From the NCBI GenBank assembly GCA_964035545.1, contig OZ037769.1:682001-746000 (forward strand): a stretch of 64,000 nt of DNA. The letters run 5' to 3'. Within the stretch, counting starts at the first letter, position 1. Every line of letters starts with the position of its first letter. Below the pieces are notes generated by a model. It was not told where the DNA came from, searched no databases, and saw only the letters and a list, made by a program, of their open reading frames with translations. Both the position numbers and the translations under genes were made by a program. Positions 57,525 through 64,000 of the stretch are shown here, one piece after another. This DNA is from Bugula neritina (lineage: Eukaryota; Animalia; Bryozoa).

Positions 57525-60500
57525 CAAAGATGGTGCATTGCAAGAAACCTTGTGATCCTTGGAGACTGAAAGTATACAAGAGGTATATCACTAACTACGA
57601 GCTCTCAGTTGAGCATAATTCACACTACTTTAGAGTTTAGAGTGCCAAGAACCAGGTTAAGAAACTTTCCTCCAGATAATCAGCTGATTTTCTGCTGCAG
57701 AAGCAGTTGGTGTAAGTTTTGGCAAATCTCAGAATAATTTCTTGATAATACTCCATGCTGTTTTCTTGTTGGCAAAAGTTATAACTGCAGGTAAAATGTT
57801 ATAACTGCAGGTAAAATGTTATGTTTTGATATTATTTATTTTTTTATATGAGATTATATCATTGTTTTGTTGCCTATTCGTTATCAACTTTGTTTTGAAT
57901 AATAAAAATATGCTTAACTTCTTCTCAATTACAATACATGGGTATGTTTCTTGCTGTTTTGCTGTGAAGTAAAGCCTGTATGATGCCTGCAGATTATTTC
58001 ATGTAGATTGTAGACTGTGGGCTGTTGTAGAGCCAGCCTTAATTAACACAAGAATGTCACAACTAACTTTGAGCTAAATATGCTCTAGCAGTGTAATCTA
58101 GGCCTGTTTCAATGTGCTAAAAGTCTAGTAGCACATAAAATGTGAGTTATGTGGACAAATATTGGGGATGTCACCACAGTGGTATCGTGCAATGAAAGTA
58201 TGTAAATGGTAGCAAGTGTAGAGTGAACCTGCCTGCTACAGGTTTAGGCTTATGAATGACAAGAAGAGGTAGTCTAATGTTCCTGCAGCATACCCCATAA
58301 ATAATTTTGCAAGTTTTTAGTATTGCAACAAACTTTAATATAACAACAAAAAACACAGCTCCTCTGAATTAAGCAGCTTTCATTTCATTCTTGACAAATG
58401 TCTAAAAAGTTAGTCATACAAGAAACTCTGCAAACATCTAATTTTTTGTGACCGACATTTTATAAAGTTGAGTAACATACTGGAAACTATCCACCTAATG
58501 CTAGATTGATGGGCAGTGTTTGCTTCAACAGGTAAGCTGTGCAGGTTTTACTACAAAACGAGGCACACAGGTAGTAGTGACAAGTTTCACTCCTTTGTAG
58601 GGTTAGAAGCTGCTTCAATAGTATCGCTGGCAGACTGAATGATTTAAATTCACATTTTGATGGTCAATCAGACAATAGGGTACTTAGTTATGATTATGTA
58701 ATAGCTTGTAAACCAACTGCTCTCCACACTGCCTTCAAACGGCTAGATCAAAAGACAGTCTAATTTCACGCCTACAATAGAGGAGTAAAGTTGTCTACTT
58801 TCGAATGAACAACACGTCTGAAGTTGTAATTGTTTTCATATCAACATTATCTGTCTTCTAAGGAATTTTTCTATTCCCAAGTTATGAAATAATGGGTATA
58901 GAGTTAGAAGATTGCCTTTCTAGCTGATTATTAAAGTTGAGTTATTTTTCTAGCAGCTGCAGCTTGCGTATCTCCCAACTTGAAGCTGTCTACATTAGGG
59001 GCAAAACTCTTTCAAACAAAGTTTTTCGCTTCGACATGTACAAAAACTGTTTTTACATCAAATGTATGCCCTTTAGCCTGGTGCTTGGTAGACTAAGTCA
59101 ACTTATTGCTGTTTATTTGTACCGAAGCAAGTTTGCATACTCCTATAGGTTTAGTTATTCACATAGTTAGCATAATATATTTCTTCTCCAGTGCAATCCA
59201 AAGGTATAATTGAGTAGCTAATTCGAAATGATTTGGATTCAATTTTCAACTAATTACTATATTAGATATACTGTGTAGTATTTCTTGAGATGGAATACCA
59301 GCTTGATTGAGAGAAGATAACTTCTTTATTGTATCTTGTACATTAATAAGTTTCTTTTAGTAACAAAGCGTGATTGCAGAGCACAAATTATGTCAGAATT
59401 TCTGTGTTGCCTGCAGGTAAAGTACAGGTAACCAAAGTTAGATTTGGTCAGTAGTCTATATAGAAATATATCTCCATAACAAAGGGTGTACTATCTAGTT
59501 GCTTTATGACATATATCCATTTCCTTTCAAAGCAAATGTTCAAAGTAGTATTTACCATTTGGTTATTTTATCCATTAAACTCTCAAATTGTGTTCACTGA
59601 AAGTGGTGTTCAACCGTAAGAGATAAAACGTATTAAACTAAGATTTACCCAGTGTCTTCAATCTGCTAATGCAACTTAATCGACTGTCAGATGACCCCTT
59701 TTAGAAAAACACAAAAGAGTAACGGATATCAAGGGGTGTATTCTTCATAATCCCAACTTATCTACTATTCATATTTCCAACTGTCTCTAAAACCCATTGT
59801 ATACCCGCAAGAAGATGCTACTGGGGTTTATTGTGAATTCATACTATAGTTTAAATGTAACTTAGACTACTGGTGAGGAAAACTTAATGCCGTTACAGAG
59901 AGCAGTTTCATTAGAGTATAATTTATCTATTTCTATGACAAGCAATGAATGCTTTCACCATTACTAATTTTATACAAATAAGAGCTATACAGAATGCGTG
60001 TAGAACTAAATAATTTGAATGCTGAACACAAACCCAGTTTGATGTAGTAACAACAACTAACCCCAAACTGACTAGTTGAAAAATTAGTGTTTTAATAAAT
60101 CAAATTGCACTATGCTAACTATAAAAAATACTTTTAGTGGCTGCATTTACAATGAAACTTCTATTTTCAATATAATTATAGTGAAATAATATATATTATA
60201 TAACATATATTACAGTGTAATATAATATGCAGGCTAGAACATATTACATTATATAATATAATAAAAAAGCTGATAAACTAAACTAGGACTTGGAATATCA
60301 GTTAATAGAAGATTGTGAAGTACTTTAAAAATTCTATTATTTCTACATCGGCTGCTAAAATTTAAAGCTGCTTGCATAGACTATCACATCAGTTAACGCA
60401 ATGATAATGAATATAAACATTCAGAGCTCTAAACCTAGACTTAGTACCTATACGCAATATTATACAGCTTGTAAAGAATTCCTACGTAGAGAAAGTAACT

Positions 60501-63284
60501 CTTAGACATGCTTTACGCACTAATAAATGCAGCAAGTTTACTCTGAACTAATAACTAGATATAGTAGCCCAAGTTCAAAGTCTACACACATCAGTACGTC
60601 AGCTGCAAGTGGCTGCCATCTTGTTTTCATCGCAGCTCATCTCAGTTCATTTCAGGAGCAGAGGTCCTGTTTCCAGTCTTCCCTATCAAAGAGATCAGAG
60701 TGGTTCGTGCAATTCCTGAGTGACTCGGTCTATGAAATGTCATGAATATTATTCAGATGATGGCTAGTTCAAGTGAGTAACTCTGGCATTTAGTGAGTCG
60801 ACCAACTAAGTGACATCAACATGATAAATACTATTAATTAACCTTTTAAAGCTGACATGTTTTTTTTTCGGGAAAAATTCAACCAACAAGAAAGTTTCGA
60901 CTATCAATTCGATGCCCGAACAGGCATTGTGTATAATATCTCAGTAGACTCTACAGGCTACACAGTTAGCGTGAGAAAGAGAGGAAGTGTGAGACAGGAA
61001 GTGCTATGTATTCAGCAGACGAGGCGACAGCAAACACCTACACCTGTCGACCAGACATCGCTGACGCGCCATGACCTACTTGACTCACTCGAAGGGGTAT
61101 AAATGGGGGTTGCAGTGAGAATTGGGTGTGAATGAGGGGGTGACAGAGTTGTTGTGTCAGACAACCATTATACTACATACTCAAGATAAAATGTCTTTAT
61201 CTTGAGAATTAACTGAGACACTGCTAGCAACGGTCAAGGGGACAACTCCAAACACACTATCACACCTCTGGTACAGATTGGAGCAGCTGGAAAGTAGCAA
61301 GTAACAATTTGTTTCACTTTCTGGGGGGGTGGCAACTTTTAGACTACAAAAAGGGACTTTTAGATTTTTTGACTCGCTAAAACTGCAGTTGCATAAAATA
61401 AATGAATATTGCAATGGGAGTTCTGACCGAGAGAAAATAACAATATTGTTACATTTCTGTGTGTGATACTGCCATGATGAACTGTGTGAAAATGTGCAAC
61501 AAAAACACCAGCTTTATCACACCTAGATAATGACCATCTTATTGAATGATAACACATGCAATAGTCATGCAATACCCCCTGTTAGATACACATTCTTCTA
61601 ACTAAGGGGATAAAATATAAATATTTTTACCTTACTGTAATTTATGCCAAAGAAAAGTTGTAAATAACACCTGGATTATAGCACCTCTCTTTTGATAGGC
61701 TTAATAACATGCCAGCTGCAATAAACGCTTCAAAGCGTATTTATTATGCTTCTTTATCAAGTCGTCTCCCATCAAAAGTAGAAAGTTTTACTAATATTTC
61801 AAATACTACTAGTGATGGAATATTTAGTTTATAACACTAGAAATAATCTACTAGAAATTAGTAAAACTATTACACTACCCTTCATAGTGCCCCGATTCTG
61901 CTTTTATGAATACTGTCTACACCCCAAACCCCACCAGCCTGTACAGGGAGTGTATAGAATGCCCCCTCCTAGATCCTAGTCAAACGTACATTTTACTTGC
62001 TGACCACGGTAGTATCATGAGGATGGCAGGAAATAAGGTTAGCGGACCATTACTGTGTTTACACAATTGGAATGAAAAACCAAACATCAGCATAAACTGA
62101 TGAGCCCTTTAATCCCGGCAGCAATAAACTACTGCCTCCTGATATCTTAAACATGATTGGTTCAGCTGCAGCTGCATGAGTTTTTACTTAAATTAATTTA
62201 TTAGAAATACTTAAATTAAGTTATTAGAAATAAAAACTACCTTTTATCAGGCGGCAGTAGGATTTACTAGTTTAGGATGAATGTAAAATGCAAACTTCCC
62301 AAAATGAAAACAGCTGGTAATTTATGTAATTATTGTAAAGCTGCAGCTCACAAAAAATTATGTGGACTCAAGTTGATTAGTAAATATCTGCAAGAATAGC
62401 AGCTGACATAAATAAAAAAATTAAATCTTTTTATAAACCAGATGTAAGTTATAACTATAGTCTATTCGTTAGACCTGACCGATAGCGAATGGTTAAGGGT
62501 GTGCACTGACATTAATAACTTACTCATTGCATAACCACTATGAGGGGTGAAGACCAAGTGAGCAGCATTATTTTACTACAAGCAGCAAAATACTAAGAGC
62601 AGAGCTGCCTGGGGAATTCCTAAGCTGCTTGACATGGTGGGTAGAGTAACTTCAAGCAGTGAAATTACTCTGCAGAACTCATATAATATATAGAGCCTTT
62701 CTGGAGATCTGCACTGCAATAAATGAATGTCAAAACTATGGCAAACTAGTCTGAGAAAAGTAGCTGTTTTATCCTACGAACTCATATAAACCTCCCTCCC
62801 CCTCCCTCCCCTTCCCCCCCCCCATATTCTCACTACTTGATCGTTTGTCTTGTCTCCAGAGTTGAGAGTCTCAACTCAAGTTGGAAATCAATACAGAGTG
62901 ATAGCAACTCATCTTCTCACACTCACTTGTATGAAAGGAGACGTTAATTTATTAATTGAAAGACATCCGAGTCCGTCAACAGGACACTTGGGGCAAGGAA
63001 GTGGAGCTATTAGCTACGAGTAGGCATTGTTACATACAGTCATACCCTCTTGATGAGAGTCATCAGTATTTCGTATTGATAGGGGTGTACCACACACCAC
63101 CCGACTGTTCAAGATGAAAATACACAGGCTATGCTGGTTTGAGGAATATAGTGAAGATAAGAGAGAAGTGACATCAATCAAGAGTTACTCTCTCCTGCAT
63201 TCTCAATGGTTCAACTAATATAATAGAGCTAGCATCTCCAGCACAGCAATTGCTAAGTAAGTCGACTCCAACACAAACCTTTCA

Positions 63285-63380
63285 AGTTAGCTCAAGTAAT
63301 CTATTGATTTAAGTTAGCTCAAGTAATCTATTGATTCAAGTTAGCTCAAGTAATCTATTGATTTAACTTAGCTTAAGTCA
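63285..63380. repeat. ~28-bp tandem repeat (aagttagctcaagtaatctattgattt) x3
   Basis: Visible repeated units. Confidence 0.8.
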
Positions 63381-64000
63381 ATCTTAACCAAAGTACAAGT
63401 ACTCCATGAAGTAGACATTTTAGCAGTTAGCCAGTGCACGTTTAGCAGATTAAACAAGAAGAATAAATTGATATCTTGAGCTAGTGACCCACGACTTGGG
63501 CTTAGCTCTGCAACACTAGACCGTGGGTGGTAGAGTGTTGGTTTACTGGATAAACAAGCAGGTCGGTTACTACATATACATTATACATCTTGGAGTTGCC
63601 TCCCCCAGTGATAGCTACACTAACATATGCCAAGTATTATTGCATCAAAAAAGTACTATACAGGCAGATGCAGCTTTTAGCAGGTTTTAAAAAGAAGATA
63701 ATTTCTAAATTCCAATGACAAAATGTTCAATACAGACAACAATTGTGCTAGTAATTATATTTTAATTTTGTGATAGTCTCATTGCGTGAATAGAATACTT
63801 GGTGTAGAACAGGTGAGAAAGTAGAAACAGACACACAGACAGACATATTGATAGGAGAGCTCTTTGCCTGCACAGAAATAGCCTTACCTGCAGTGAGCAT
63901 GGAGTTGTGCATCCTTAGACCTCCGAGCTGCATCTGTCTGCCTGTTAGTCCTACAATATGATACGTAGTTACGTGGGCAGACAAAATGAGACGTCTTCGT

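Noticed and set aside
56681-57538. 285-aa minus-strand ORF as an independent gene
   Set aside because: Mirrors the plus-strand ORF codon for codon; promoter and polyA cues favour the plus strand.
57600-64000. Short ORFs at 60527, 60857, 61906 and 63748
   Set aside because: No recognisable protein features; could be UTR exons or decayed repeats, not supportable.

Overview
AT-rich, intron-containing animal (invertebrate-like) genomic DNA; the ORF track mostly shows exon fragments. Bases ~120-34,700 hold a tandem, same-strand cluster of seven paralogous genes that I assembled by hand from GT-AG splice sites, all giving open frames. Each encodes a type I membrane protein: signal peptide, two divergent CUB-like domains, 2-4 CCP/sushi domains, one TM helix and a variable tail. 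The cluster looks like a diversified self/non-self or immune receptor family. Evidence: mosaic exchange between paralogs, one chimeric gene, amino-acid changes concentrated in the membrane-distal domain beside an identical intron, and tails ranging from an intact ITAM-like YEQL-x7-YEQL, through a Tyr->Cys-broken copy, to short tails lacking such motifs. Downstream on the minus strand are a 15-exon ankyrin-repeat gene with an internal Dpy-30/DYDC-type domain and a small 3-exon gene; both have RFX X-box-like motifs, suggesting ciliary function. On the plus strand is an intronless S/T/P-rich ORF. Also present: a TAA-flanked Harbinger-like MITE with a paralogous empty site and several tandem repeats. 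Domain names come from motif recognition by eye; no database search was run, and the species cannot be determined.
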